Translations under genes and position numbers: made by a program
Notes under the pieces: model-generated
Database searches by the model: none
What the model was told of the DNA's origin: nothing
Seen by the model: only the letters and a program-made list of their open reading frames with translations
Source of the DNA: Macrostomum lignano
Taxonomy: Eukaryota
Direction of reading: 5' to 3'
Assembly: GCA_002269645.1 (NCBI GenBank)
Contig: NIVC01001979.1
Location: 1 to 64,000 of the forward strand
Length of the DNA stretch: 64,000 nt
In this document: piece after piece, positions 25,936 to 39,284 of the stretch
Layout: each line of letters opens with the position of its first letter
Numbering within the stretch: position 1 is the first letter of the stretch

Positions 25936-26349
25936 CAGCTGGTTGATTAGGGAAAGGTAAATATTGAAAGAAAAGTTTCTTCAAAGCCCAAAAGCAAACG
26001 CAGCAAAAGGCAAGACAGACAGGCAGTGCCGGAGCCAGTTTACTGCGCGTCTTCTTATACTAGCAAAATTTTCAACTTTTAGTCCGCGTATCAAACAGAT
26101 TCGCCGCCCGCGAGACGTTGGTCGCGCTGATCTATGCGACCAACGGGGGGTGGCGCCCGATTCTTCACAAGCCCAAAACTGCACGACGCCTGATAGGAGG
26201 CCCCGGGAATTGCCGATTGGGCCGCTATAATAAATCTTAGCCAACGGTTTGGCCAAGACCAATGAATGTCTGCTATACTTATTGGCAGTGCGGCTAAAGC
26301 ATAGTTTGCTCCGGTGTCTGTCCGTCAAAGTAGTGCTCTTTTTGAATAG

Positions 26350-27510
26350 TCTGTCATTGAGTCTGCCCATAGTGTCAATCATAGTGTCTGCCATAGTGTC
26401 TGTCACAGTGTCAGTCATTGAGTCTGTCACAGTGTCAGTCATTGAGTCTGTCATAGTGTCTGTCACAGTGTCAGTCATTGAGTCTGTCATAGTGTCTGTC
26501 ACAGTGTCAGTCATTGAGTCTGTCATAGTGTCTGTCACAGTGTCAGTCATTGAGTCTGCCATAGTGTCTGTCACAGTGTCAGTCATTGAGTCTGCCATAG
26601 TGTCTGTCACAGTGTCAGTCATTGAGTCTGACTTGACTTAGCTGCAGGGCTGTCCCGGAGGGGACACAGCGGGAAGGCGCGGGCGCCCATTCCGCTAGTC
26701 CTTGAACGATGTCATTGAGTCTGTCACAGTGTCTGTCACAGTGTCAGTCATTGAGTCTGTCATAGTGTCTGTCACAGTGTCAGTCATTAAGTCTGCCCAT
26801 AGTGTCAATCATAGTGTCTGCCATAGTGTCTGTCACAGTGTCAGTCATTGAGTCTGTCATAGTGTCTGTCACAGTGTCAGTCATTGAGTCTGCCATAGTG
26901 TCTGTCACAGTGTCAGTCATTGAGTCTGCCATAGTGTCTGTCACAGTGTCAGTCATTGAGTCTGCCATAGTGTCTGTCACAGTGTCAGTCATTGAGTCTG
27001 CCATAGTGTCTGTCACAGTGTCAGTCATTGAGTCTGCCATAGTGTCTGTCACAGTGTCAGTCATTGAGTCTGCCATAGTGTCTGTCACAGTGTCAGTCAT
27101 TGAGTCTGCCATAGTGTCTGTCACAGTGTCAGTCATTGAGTCTGCCATAGTGTCTGTCACAGTCAGTCATTGAGTCTGCCATAGTGTCTGTCACAGTGTC
27201 AGTCATTGAGTCTGCCATAGTGTCTGTCACAGTGTCAGTCATTGAGTCTGCCATAGTGTCAGTCACAGTGTCAGTCATTGAGCCTGCCATAGTGTCTGTC
27301 ACAGTGTCAGTCATTGAGCCTGCCATAGTGTCTGTCACAGTGTCAGTCATTGAGCCTGCCATAGTGTCTGTCACAGTGTCAGTCATTGAGTCTGCCATAG
27401 TGTCTGTCACAGTGTCAGTCATAGTGTCTGTCACAGTGTCAGTCATTGAGTCTGCCATAGTGTCTGTCACAGTCAGTCATTGAGTCTGCCATAGTGTCTG
27501 CCATAGTGTC
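26350..27510. repeat. Minisatellite, 36-bp unit TGTCACAGTGTCAGTCATTGAGTCTGCCATAGTGTC, interrupted by an 80-bp insertion
   Basis: Tandem copies on both sides of 26631-26710. Confidence 0.96.
26631..26710 (-). mobile_element. ~80-bp short interspersed element (copy B) with 13-bp TSD
   Basis: GC-rich insert flanked by the direct repeat GTCATTGAGTCTG (26618-26630 / 26711-26723). Its reverse complement is ~70% identical by hand alignment to 44697-44777 and shares the end CCCTGCAGCTAAGTCAAGT. Confidence 0.75.
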
Positions 27511-27914
27511 AGTCGGTCGTTGAAGCGCCCGATGCACAGTAATCTTCCATAGCTTCTGTACTGCCCTTGGGGTCGATGGGAATTTCGTCCTGTTTTATGC
27601 AAATAAAAGTGAAGTAAAATTTTCAAAATTTATTACAGCGCAACGAGAAGACCTGCGAGGCTGCTCTGAAATTCCGTCTCTAGAAATGTATCGATTTGCA
27701 TTCGCTACAGCTCGGGCCATTGCCCCACATAATTCCTCCTGATCCTCGTTGGATTTTTTGGTAAAATTGGTAAAAATTGAGAGTCAGGGGCTGCGTGTGG
27801 ACTTGCTTTAAGTGGTCCAAAGGAACGTTTATAGTGTGAAAAACTATACGAAGCTATACAGTGCTGAAACTTTCGTGTTTAAAGCTCCCGTGTTTTGGAG
27901 GTGACTAGCTTCGT

Positions 27915-28340
27915 GTTTAAAGAGTGACTGCATCAGTGTTAAAAGAGTGACTGCATCAGTGTTTAATGAGTGACTGCATCAGTGTTTAAAGAGTGACTGC
28001 ATCAGTGTTTAAAGAGTGACTGCATCAGTGTTTAAAGAGTGACTGCGTCAGTGTTTAAAGAGTGACTGCATCAGTGTTTAAAGAGTGATTGCATCAGTGT
28101 TTAATGAGTGACTGCATCAGTGTTTAAAGAGTGACTGCATCAGTGTTTAAAGAGTAATTGCGTCAGTGTTTAAAGAGTGACTGCATCAGTGTTTAAAGAG
28201 TAATTGCGTCAGTGTTTAAAGAGTGACTGCATCAGTGTTTAAGGAGTGACTGCATTAGTGTTTAAAGAGTGACTGCATCAGTGTTTAAAGAGTGACTGCA
28301 TCAGTGTTTAAAGAGTGACTGCATCAGTGTTTAAAGAGTG
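27915..28340. repeat. Minisatellite, 23-bp unit GTGACTGCATCAGTGTTTAAAGA
   Basis: About 18 tandem copies. Confidence 0.96.
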
Positions 28341-29464
28341 ACTAGTCCTTTGATCAGCTGGTTCCGTGTCAGCTCAAGGGAAAACGGTTTTCATGCTTCA
28401 AGACTGACCTACAAGGCAGATTTCTGGCAATCCAAATTACTCAGCCCTCAGAAACAAGAGGCCAATAAAAAGTTACAAAAGAGAGCAAAAGTAGGTCAGG
28501 GAAATCGCATTTTTACAAAAGCAATTTAAGCGGCAATTCTGCAAGCTTAATAAAAAGACATTACTGTTTTACGTCCTTAGTTCTTTCTGTGTTTTCTTCT
28601 TCTTTTATGCCCTACCATTAGGAGGCGTCTTCATTCTTTATTTCTGTTTCCCACTTAAAAAAAGCTCGCGTCGCTCTGCTTGCGGATTCTTCCTGGTAAC
28701 TTTTGTTACTTTTTGCAATTTCTGCGCGCATCTCTGCCGAAGGTGCGCCGGCTTGGGAGACGCGGAATTGAGACATTAAAAAGTAGCTGATAGTTGCCCC
28801 GGCCCCAGTTAGCGACCAGAAAATGCGCGCCTGCCGCCTCCGCGGTCCCTGTCGGCCTGGAAGCCGGGGACTTCTAAATCAATCCAGCATCTGGATTGGA
28901 AACTTGCAGTTTGATTCAACAGAGTTATTTAGTTTAGTTTAGTTATTTATTTAGTTATTATAAGCCTAGAGTGTGTGACTGCGTGCCTGTGTACAGTATG
29001 TGCTCAGGGGTCAGAGGAATGGGCAGAATTGCTGTCAAGCACAGATTGTAGGACGATGTTGCGCCAGGGTGCCCAGGGATGCGGTGGCCATAAAAAACTT
29101 CATTTCAAAGCTTTTAGAAGTTTCCCATTCCAGATATCTGAATTGTAGATCTCCATGCACGGGCCTATTATTGTTCATTGCGAAATTCGATGCAAGTGTA
29201 GCCATCTTCGTGCCGTCCTACCTTCGAGGCCCCGCCGCCACCGCTGCCGCCCATAATTCAGGCCATTGTCCCAGACGGGTGAAGAGGCCAAGACATGCTG
29301 GAAGAAGATAATAAAAACTGCGGCATTCTTACAGCCAGAGGCTGAGATTTTTTATTGCCCTGAGGGGAATGCCTTGCGTTGAACGCAAATCGCTTTTTTG
29401 AAGATGGAGAAAGCGATTGCGGCTGGGTTTTCAGCCCACCAGCTCTGGAGCAGCTCGGAGAAGA

Positions 29465-30015
29465 AAGAACCGGATTCTGGGGCGGTTTTGGGGTGATTCT
29501 GGGGCGGTTTCGGGGTGATTCTGGGGCGGTTTTGGGGTGATTCTGGGGCGGTTTCGGGGTGATTCTGGGGCGGTTTCGGGGTGATTCTGGGGCGGTTTTG
29601 GGGTGATTCTGGGGCGGTTTTGGGGTGATTCTGGGGCGGTTTTGGGATGATTCTGGGGTGGTCTTGGGGTGATTCTGGGGCGGTTTCGGGGTGATTCTGG
29701 GGCGGTTTCGGGGTGATTCTGGGGCGGTTTCGGGGTGATTCTGGGGCGGTTTCGGGGTGATTCTGGGGCGGTTTCGGGGTGATTCTGGGCGGTTTCGGGG
29801 TGATTCTGGAGCGGTTTTGGGGTGATTCTGGGGCGGTTTCGGGGTGAGTCTGGGGCGGTTTCGGGGTGAGTCTGGGGCGGTTTCGGGGTGATTCTGGGGC
29901 GGTTTCGGGGTGATTCTGGGGCGGTTTCGGGGTGATTATGGGGCGGTTTTGGGGTGATTCTGGGCGGTTTGGGGTGATTCTGGGGTGGTTTTGGGGTGAT
30001 TCTGGGGCGGTTTTG
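29465..30015. repeat. G-rich minisatellite, 22-bp unit GGGGTGATTCTGGGGCGGTTTC
   Basis: About 25 copies; each contains a GGGGCGG box. Confidence 0.96.
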
Positions 30016-31519
30016 AGTGATTTTCAAACTCTCATTCAATTTCAACTGACAGTTTACAGAACAGGAATTATTTCGGTGCTGCCTAAATTAATAAAATTAT
30101 AAGAAATCGATTGCTCTTAGTTAGAAATTGAATGCAAAAGATCTAATGCTGAGGGTTGCCCCCGCGGAGGGATTTGGCCATAGACTATAGCAAAAAGCCT
30201 GCACAGAGAAAGGTTGAATCTTGAGCTTAAAAGTTAAACCCCGCGCGCTGAGAAGGGTGTTAGCAAATCCACCATATAGTCTATACTAAAGATCGCAGCA
30301 ACAGAAGAACTAGTGCAACAGTTGAGCTTAGAACTTGGCAAGCGAGAACAACTGCATCGTCTTCAGTAGGGGTAAGCACAGCTACCAACTAATTGGAATT
30401 GTCGTGTCTTTTTACATCTGCTTCTCGTTGGGAATTACAAGTTTTGGGGATTATTTTCTCATAGAAAGGCTTTAAATCTAAGAAGTATTTTATCAGAAAC
30501 AGCCTCTCAGCTACCTGAAAGTTTAACTAAAATCATAAGCCGATTCAAATTTCAACTCGATCCCATCATGAAGCCCTAGTAACCATCTGCCTGCGAACTT
30601 CATAATCGCAAATGCGGGTGGTTTTAAAGACCAAGTTTTGATACATGAGATTCAGGAGTCACTGTTTCGATAAGCTCATCCAAATGGTTTATCTCAATGC
30701 CACGGACTTCAAGTCACCCTAATATGCAGTGCTAAGTTTAAATGACTCTGCTTTTTGTGGTGGTTGCTCTTTGGATGAGATAGATTGCTCGTAGGCTGAC
30801 TTTGATTTTAAAAAGAGAACCATATATTCGAATAGGGGACCTTTTTTATTTGCTGATCCTCTAGGCTAAAATGAAAAGAAAGAAGCCGATATTTTTTCTG
30901 TGGCAAAGTTGGAAATTGCTAGGAAGAAATGTTTGTTTGAAAGTTTTTTATTTTGTTTTTTATTTACTTAGTTTATGCAAGTTAGTCGGAAAAAATAACT
31001 TGGCGAGAACTTAAGGGGGGACTATCATTAAATTCCGGCAGCCAATAAAATTCGTGGGGGGGGAATATCCCAATTTTTAGGGTCTTGGCCATAGACTCGC
31101 TTTCAGATGAGCGACCCTTTCTATTCCTTATCCATGGTTAGAATAATAAAACCAATGCTAGCAAACTGGAGCTACGGCTCTTGGGGAGATGTGTTGGCTC
31201 AGGTTTGGCCATAGACTATCCTTCACCTTCTAGTCTACAAAGAAAGAAGCACCAGCCCAGCCTGTACAGTCTACAATTTGAAATCAGCTCTGGAACTTTT
31301 GCCATAGACTATTTTACTTGGTAAAACGCGAAAGCGAACCAAACTGAGACCCAATCAGAATTAACCCCTCCATTCGTCTATGGCTTAAACCGTCATTCTC
31401 GATAAGCAAACCCGCATAGAAAATGGAAGCCATATTTCTAAGATTTGCAGCCAAACTATTTTATTTGTTTAACTGCAATAATTCTCTGACAATTGTATCT
31501 ACATGTACAAAGCAGTTAC

Positions 31520-32905
31520 GGAAAAACCATCTAGACACGGAAGCAGCATATAGACACGAAAGCAGCATCTAGACATGGAAGCAGCATCTAGACATGGAAG
31601 CAGCATCTAGACACGGAAGCAGCATCTAGACATGGAAGCAGCATCTAGACATGGAAACAGCATCTAGACACGGAAGCAGCATATAGACACGGAAGCAGCA
31701 TCTAGACATGGAAGCAGCATCTAAACACGGAAGCAGCATCTAGACACGGAAGCAGCATCTAGACATGGAAGCAGCATCTAGACATGGAAGCAGCATCTAG
31801 ACATGGAAGCAGCATCTAGACACGGAAGCAGCATCTAGACACGGAAGCAGCATCTAGACATGGAAGCAGCATCTAAACACGGAAGCAGCATATAGACACG
31901 GAAGCAGCATATAGACACGGAAGCAGCATATAGACACGGAAGCAGCATATAGACACGGAAGCAGCATCTAGACATGGAAGCAGCATCTAAACACGGAAGC
32001 AGCATCTAGACACGGAAGCAGCATCTAGACATGGAAGCAGCATCTAGACATGGAAGCAGCATCTAGACACGGAAGCAGCATCTAGACACGGAAGCAGCAT
32101 CTAGACATGGAAGCAGCATCTAAACACGGAAGCAGCATCTAGACACGGAAGCAGCATCTAGACATGGAAGCAGCATCTAGACATGGAAGCAGCATCTAGA
32201 CATGGAAGCAGCATCTAGACACGGAAGCAGCATCTAGACACGGAAGCAGCATCTAGACATGGAAGCAGCATCTAAACACGGAAGCAGCATCTAAACACGG
32301 AAGCAGCATCTAGACACGGAAGCAGCATCTAGACATGGAAGCAGCATCTAAACACGGAAGCAGAACCTAGACACGGAAGCAGAACCTAGACACGGAAGCA
32401 GCATATAGACATGGAAGCAGCATCTAGACACGGAAGCAGCATATAGACACGGAAGCAGCACCTAGACATGGAAGCAGCATATAGACACGGAAGCAGTATA
32501 TTGACACGGAAGCAGCATATAGACACGGAAGCAGAACCTAGACATGGAAGCAGCATATAGACACGGAAGCAGTATATAGACACGGAAGCAGCATATAGAC
32601 ATGGAAGCAGCATATAGACACGGAAGCAGTATATAGACATGGAAGCAGCATATAGACACGGAAGCAGTATATAGACATGGAAGCAGCATATAGACACGGA
32701 AGCAGTATATAGACACGGAAGCAGCATATAGACACGAAAGCAGAACCTAGACACGGAAGCAGCATATAGACATGGAAGCAGCATATAGACACGAAAGCAG
32801 AACCTAGACATGGAAGCAGCATATAGACACGGAAGCAGCATATAGACACGGAAGCAGCATATAGACACGGAAGCAGCATATAGACACGGAAGCAGAATCT
32901 AGACA
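31520..32905. repeat. Minisatellite, 19-bp unit GAAGCAGCATCTAGACA(C/T)G
   Basis: About 72 copies; the unit drifts to GCATATAGAC/GAACCTAGAC toward the 3' end. Confidence 0.97.
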
Positions 32906-32986
32906 CAGCTGATCACCAAGGAACAACAGGTGAGCATGCAAAGCAAATTAAAGCAGTTATCGCAGATTCTGTCAGTGATTTTCGCG

Positions 32987-33133
32987 CTTCTATATGCAAT
33001 AACTGCTGTTTATGCGTATCTGCCCACACGCAGGTGAATGCCAGCCAGTCCCATGACACGCTTCTATATGCAATAACTGCTGTTTATGCGTATCTGCCCA
33101 CACGCAGGTGAATGCCAGCCAGTCCCATGACAC
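32987..33133. repeat. Tandem duplication of ~74 bp
   Basis: CTTCTATATGCAATAACTGCTGTTTATGCG...CCCATGACAC occurs twice head-to-tail. Confidence 0.93.
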
Positions 33134-33509
33134 AGCCAGCCGACAAAATCTCTACTAGAAGCAGCCCGTAACAACCCCGGTGAGATCGTTTCTAGCCTGC
33201 TACATTTACCAATAAACTTACCAATGCTTAATTATTGCCTGAATGTTTCCTCATCAATTGCTGTTGTTGGATCCAGATAACTGTCATCATTGGTGATAAA
33301 CCTTTTTCAATGTACTTTGCGTGAGCCCGAACACTAGGTTAACCTATCGGCTGCAGCTTTGACCATAGAGTACTAATTAAGATATGAATTGTTAGTTACG
33401 TATCTACTAAATTAGCTAACTTTTGCATTGTGAATACATGTGGTTTACAAAATTTTGTTAATAAATTTAAGTTTTGCAATGGGTGATTAAAATGAAGTTT
33501 TGCTTATTT

Positions 33510-34244
<735 letters not shown>

Positions 34245-34294
34245 TATCATCACACTTTCACTTTGTACTTTGCACACGTCTTTCAGCAACTGTC

Positions 34295-37102
34295 ATGTCG
34301 CAACAGATTAAAGGCCGTGGTCGGGCTCGAGGGCGCGCAGGCCCTCGCCCTGAGGAGGTTACGTCTGGCGCCAGCTCAGTCCAAGCCCCTGCCCCCATCG
34401 CAGCTGCTTGTCCGGCTCCGCCACCAGGCCTGAGTGTTCAAGCTGGTGTTGCTGCTCCATCTGGAGTTCACGCTGCTGAATGTAGCGGTGCTGCACAGCA
34501 GGCCGGAGATCCGGGCCAGCTGTCTGAGCGCATGGCCCGCCTGCGAGTTGGCGGCGAAGCCAGCGGCGAGCGAGGTGGCCTACAACGAAAGCTGCTGCGC
34601 TTCCAGATGGCGAATGTTCGGCCCGAGGGAGCTGCGGGCAAGAAGGGCAGCAGCGGAGCCCCGGTGCAGGTGATGACGAATTTCGTTCGAATCAACACCG
34701 AGGACAAATGGTGCGCCTACCAGCTGGCCGCCGACTTTCGCCCGATGCTGGGCGCGAAGCCGCTGCGCGAGAAGCTGCTGAACGATGCCCAGCAGGTGCC
34801 AAAGCCGTTTGTTTACGATGGCGGCTGCCTGTACACCAAGCAGCCCCTGGCGCCTGCCGAGGGAGTAAAGTTTGCTGCCAGCATCAAGTCGTGGAGCGGC
34901 GAAGTTGCAATTAGACAGGTTGGCGTCATCGAAAAGAACACGCCTCAGTGGTTGCACTTGATGAACGTAGTGCTTGGAAAAACCCAGAGCCACCTCAACA
35001 TGCAAATGGTCGGCAGAAACTTTTATTACCCCGACCAAGCGACGAAGCTTCCACAGCATCGCATGGAGGTAAGCGGTTTGCTCTGCTGTGGCAGTTAACT
35101 TTGTGAATTTGACAAAAAATTCCACTTTGATCGCCTTTACCAGGTGTGGCCCGGTTTCGAGATGGCCATCAAGCCGTCTGACGGACCTCTGATGCTGCAT
35201 GTTGACGTGTCGCACAAGATCATCCACATGAGCACGGTTCTGGATGTGATGTACGACATGTACAATCGCAATCCCGGCAATTTCCAGGCCGCAGCCACCG
35301 ACGCCTTAGTGGGGCAGATAGTGCTCACGCGGCACAACAACAAGACGTACCGTATTGACGCAATCGAATGGGATAAGCGAGTAACTGAGACCTTCCCCAG
35401 GTACAATAAGAGCACTCGCCAGAGCGAGGAGATTTCGCTGGCCCAGTACTTCGCCCAGACGTACAATGTCAATTTGTCGGACAGTGGGCAGCCGCTTCTG
35501 ATGTCGAAGCCGCGCAAGCGAGACCTGCCGCCGACTAAGGGAGGCCGCCGAGAGCAGGCTGAGAACGTTCTTCTGCCTCCAGAGGTTTGCTTTATGACCG
35601 GTCTGACTGATGAGATGCGGGCCGACCGAAACCTGATGAAGGACCTGGCCACCTTCACTCGGATTGACCCGTCAACTCGGTGCGGCAAGCTGGTAAAATT
35701 TGCAAGCACAATGGCCCAAAACCGGGAGTGCCAGCGGGTGCTGGGAGAGTTCGGCCTGGCGGTAGCGCCCAACGCTGTGGAGGCCACCGCACGCCAGCTG
35801 GCTCCGGAGACTGTCCAGATGAGTAAACCCATCAGGGTGGACTCTGAGCGCGCTGACTGGGACAATGCTCTCAAGGGCAACGGCATGTTTCAGCCGGTGA
35901 ACTGCAAGAACTGGATCTTTGTGTACTCCCAGCGAGACGAGCAGGCGGCCGCCGACTTCTGTCAGAAGCTGAGCCGGGCTTCGCAGTCACTCGGCATGTC
36001 GTTCGGCGAGCCCTACGTGCTGGCAGTGGCGCAGGACCGAGACCAGCTGTGGGTGAAGACGATTGAGGAAAACATCGACCAAGGCCTGGACCTGGTGTTC
36101 TGCCTGCTGCCCAGCAACAAGAAGCAGCGCTACGACTCCATCAAGCGTTTGTGCTATGTAAACAAGCCGGTGCCGAGCCAGTGCGTCCTGACCAAGACCA
36201 TCCGCAACCCGGCCAAGGTGATGTCGGTTGCCACGAAGGTGGCCCTGCAGATCTCCTGCAAGCTGGGCGGCGTTGCCTGGGCTGTGAGCATCCCGATGAA
36301 GCGCACAATGATCGTCGGGATGGACACTTATCACGACAAGCGGCAGAGCGTCTCGGTGCAGGGCATTGTGTTCTCGCTGAGCGAGACATTCACCCAGTAC
36401 TACTCGTACTCGCCCATCGTGAAGGGAGGCAAAGCCGAGCTGCACAACAGGCTGGAGGTCGGCTTCAACTTGGCCCTGCAGAAGTTCAGAGAGAAGAACG
36501 GCGACCTGCCTACCCGGATCATCCTGTACCGCGACGGTGTGGGCGACTCTATGCTGGAGGAGGTGAGCTTTTGCTCAAGTAGTTGTCTGAAATTGGCGCC
36601 AAGTGCATCATTATAATTTATGTTATCATGTTTGCAGGTGAAGAACTCGGAGCTGCTCCAGCTGAAGCAGTCGCTGTCGAAAATCTACGGCGAGCGCATG
36701 AGCAGCCTCGGCTTCAAGGCCATTGTGGTGAAGAAGCTGGTCAGCTCTCGCATGTTCCGCAGGCAGGGCAGCCAGCTGAGGAACCCGTCCCCCGGCACCG
36801 TGCTGGACGACGTGATCACGATGCCGAACTTCGTGGACTTCTTCCTGGTTTCGCAGTACGTGAACCAGGGCACGGTCACGCCGACTCACTACAACGTCAT
36901 CGAAGACATGAATGATGCCAACATCAAGCCGGACCAGGTGCAGCAGCTGACGTACAAGCTGACCCACCTGTACTTTAACTGGCCCGGCACTATACGTGTT
37001 GTAGCGCCCTGCCACTATGCCCACAGGCTGGCGTACCTGGTCGGCCAGAATCTGATGGAGGAGCCGAGCCCGCAGATTTGCGACCGGCTGTTCTTCCTCT
37101 GA
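34295..37102 (+). CDS. piwi: PIWI-clade Argonaute, 885 aa; exons 34295-35068, 35144-36562, 36638-37102
   Basis: N-terminal GRGRARGRA motif; PAZ (VLTRHNNKTYRIDAIEWD); MID (RYDSIKRLC..VPSQCV..KVALQISCKLGG); PIWI (VGMDTYH, YRDGVG, PTHYNV, LTYKLTHLYFNWPGTIRVVAPCHYAHRLAYLVG). Both GT-AG introns are phase 0 and keep the frame. Confidence 0.97.
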
Positions 37103-37494
37103 GCAAGTTGGCACCGGCAGTGATATTGGACTCTGAATTGATTGATTATTGGAATTTGAAGTCAGAAGGGATTGTTTTGTCACAGGCTGAAACTAGTTGG
37201 GATCAAATTGCCTAAGGATTAAATGCACAAGTATTAATTGCCCAAGGGGCTTAATTGCCAGCACTACAATAGCTCCTAAGCCAGTGATTTTACACTCGAG
37301 TTGTGGAAATTTATTCAGCTATCTGATGTGACCAAATTCGTACACTTCAGTTTAACCAAGCCGAAGTCTTCTGAACTTAAGTAAAAAATGCCGCAAAAAA
37401 ACCGCAGAAAAAGTTTTGGGGGAGAAATTTTTTGGTAGAGTAACTTTTCTGTCAGGATTTTCAGAGGGCACAAGCGAAGCTGCAGTGCGATTGA

Positions 37495-37590
37495 ATATTT
37501 GATTGGATACTTGATAGGATATTTGATTGAATATTTGATTTTATACTTGATTTGATACTTGATTGGACATTTGATGGTATATTTGATTGA
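37495..37590. repeat. Short degenerate 12-bp array GATTG(G/A)ATA(C/T)TT
   Basis: About 8 imperfect copies downstream of piwi. Confidence 0.8.
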
Positions 37591-38615
37591 ATTTGTAAAG
37601 AGTTTTGCGTTTCCCGGGTGTATCAAAGCGCACCATCCTGCCGCTTGAGTACGTTCTCAAATTACTTTTTGAACATTCGGAGTCTGTTATTCGATTGTGT
37701 GAAAATTTTTCTGTCGATGTTTCCGATTTAATAAACACAATTTTAGTAAACGTTAATTCATTTTGGTCATTGTTTTAGCAATCCAACATCTCTATGTTCT
37801 TTATGATCTCTTCTGATACAAATGCCATATTTTGATAATTGTAAAAATCTGCAATAATTTAAATGCTAATCGCTTCTGAAATAAGCTTATAAAGTGAGAT
37901 ATTTGTTTAACTGCTAGTGTTTAGTAATCGTTAATTCCTTTTGGTCATTGCTTTAGAGTTCCAATGCTTTCCTTACTATTATTCCTTCTGAAATAAGTAT
38001 ATAAAGTGAGATCCTTGTTTAATTGTTCGTTATTGACTATATGCAGCAGTTTCTTATTTTGTTTAAACTCATCAGTTTGCAATGTCTTCCATTGTGCTGA
38101 ATAAACAGAGCTCAACTAGCGTTGCTCAAAGTCGCAGCTTTTGATTTTTATCAACTTTTTTCTGGTGTTTCCAAATTTATGCCTAGCAAGTTTTCTCAAT
38201 CGGCTTATTGTTTATTAAACTGCTTTTAATGCAGCAGCAGCGAGCTGCCAATAAGCCAGAATCCCCCTTGCTAGCCACAATGACCAATTAACGAGATGAC
38301 GAATACTCCCTGGAAGTAGATTTCAAAACTTTTTGACCATGCTCTAAATGCTTGACTGACATCATTGTGAGGTCTGCAGTCAGAGTGCCCTGCAACTTTC
38401 AATTGGATTTAACCTTCAAGCAATCCCAAAACACTGCCATCATATGATATCCAGCACAGTTGAGCAAAATGAGGCAAAGACAACTCAGGCAACACGATGG
38501 TGCAAATGCGGTTCGCAGCTGCAGGTCTCGTGTATTTCTGCTAGTTAACCAGCCATACGCTGGTACTCAGCATTGCTGCAGTGGAAAATCCCCAGTCCAA
38601 GGTCAGTCCAGCAGT

Positions 38616-39284
38616 TTAGCTGTCGGGGGTCGGCAGGCCCTTGGTCTTCTCGCTGCACGGCTTTCTGCCCTCTCCGCGCTTCGGCTTGTAGAACTTGGCG
38701 CTGGCGCACAGCTCGGGCAGCTCGAAGTACTTGTCCTTGGGCTGGTGGAAGCCGAAGAAGAAGAGAATACCGCCGGAGCACTGGCCGTTCTTCTTGTACT
38801 TCTTCTTGATGAGGATCGGCACGCAGCGGTCATCGATGACGCCGCCCAGCTTGATGGAGAGGTCGCCCTTGGTCATGCGGCCGCAGTGCACGCTGATGGG
38901 CACCTTGCGGCTGGTGACGGTGGAGCGGGCCACCACGCGGTTGTTCGGCCACATCTTGGGGCACAGGGTGAGGAAGTACTTGGCGTGGCTCACGGGGATC
39001 TTCACGCACCGGGCGTTGGCGGCGCTGGTGCCCCAGGCGTAGTAGCCGACGCCGGCCTCGAAGTCGAACATGGTGTAGTGGTGTCCGGAGTAGTTCTGGG
39101 ACTTCACCTTGAAGTAGGCGGCCACCTTCTTCTTCTCCTTGGAGCCGGCGATGCCTCCCAGCAGCTTGAGGTAGGTGCCGTTGTGGTAGCCGAGACCGGC
39201 CACTCCGATGGCTCCCTCTCTGGGCGGGTTCTCGCAGGCCAGGGCGGTGGCCACCAGGGCGGTGAGCAGCAGCAGCAGCTTCAT
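38616..39284 (-). CDS. Secreted ependymin-related (EPDR-like) protein, 222 aa, intronless CDS
   Basis: ATG with signal peptide MKLLLLLTALVATALA and strong GC3 bias. It shows the EPDR-type pattern: N-terminal C-x-x-P-P, F..GV.Y.......C.K..V, C-V-P, C-terminal F..P..C. Family assignment is by motif recall, not by search. Confidence 0.75.
   Translation of the reverse strand: MKLLLLLTALVATALACENPPREGAIGVAGLGYHNGTYLKLLGGIAGSKEKKKVAAYFKVKSQNYSGHHYTMFDFEAGVGYYAWGTSAANARCVKIPVSHAKYFLTLCPKMWPNNRVVARSTVTSRKVPISVHCGRMTKGDLSIKLGGVIDDRCVPILIKKKYKKNGQCSGGILFFFGFHQPKDKYFELPELCASAKFYKPKRGEGRKPCSEKTKGLPTPDS

Noticed and set aside
34295-37102. Prokaryotic Argonaute defence-system interpretation
   Set aside because: The gene has spliceosomal introns, an RG-repeat N-terminus and PIWI-clade motifs.
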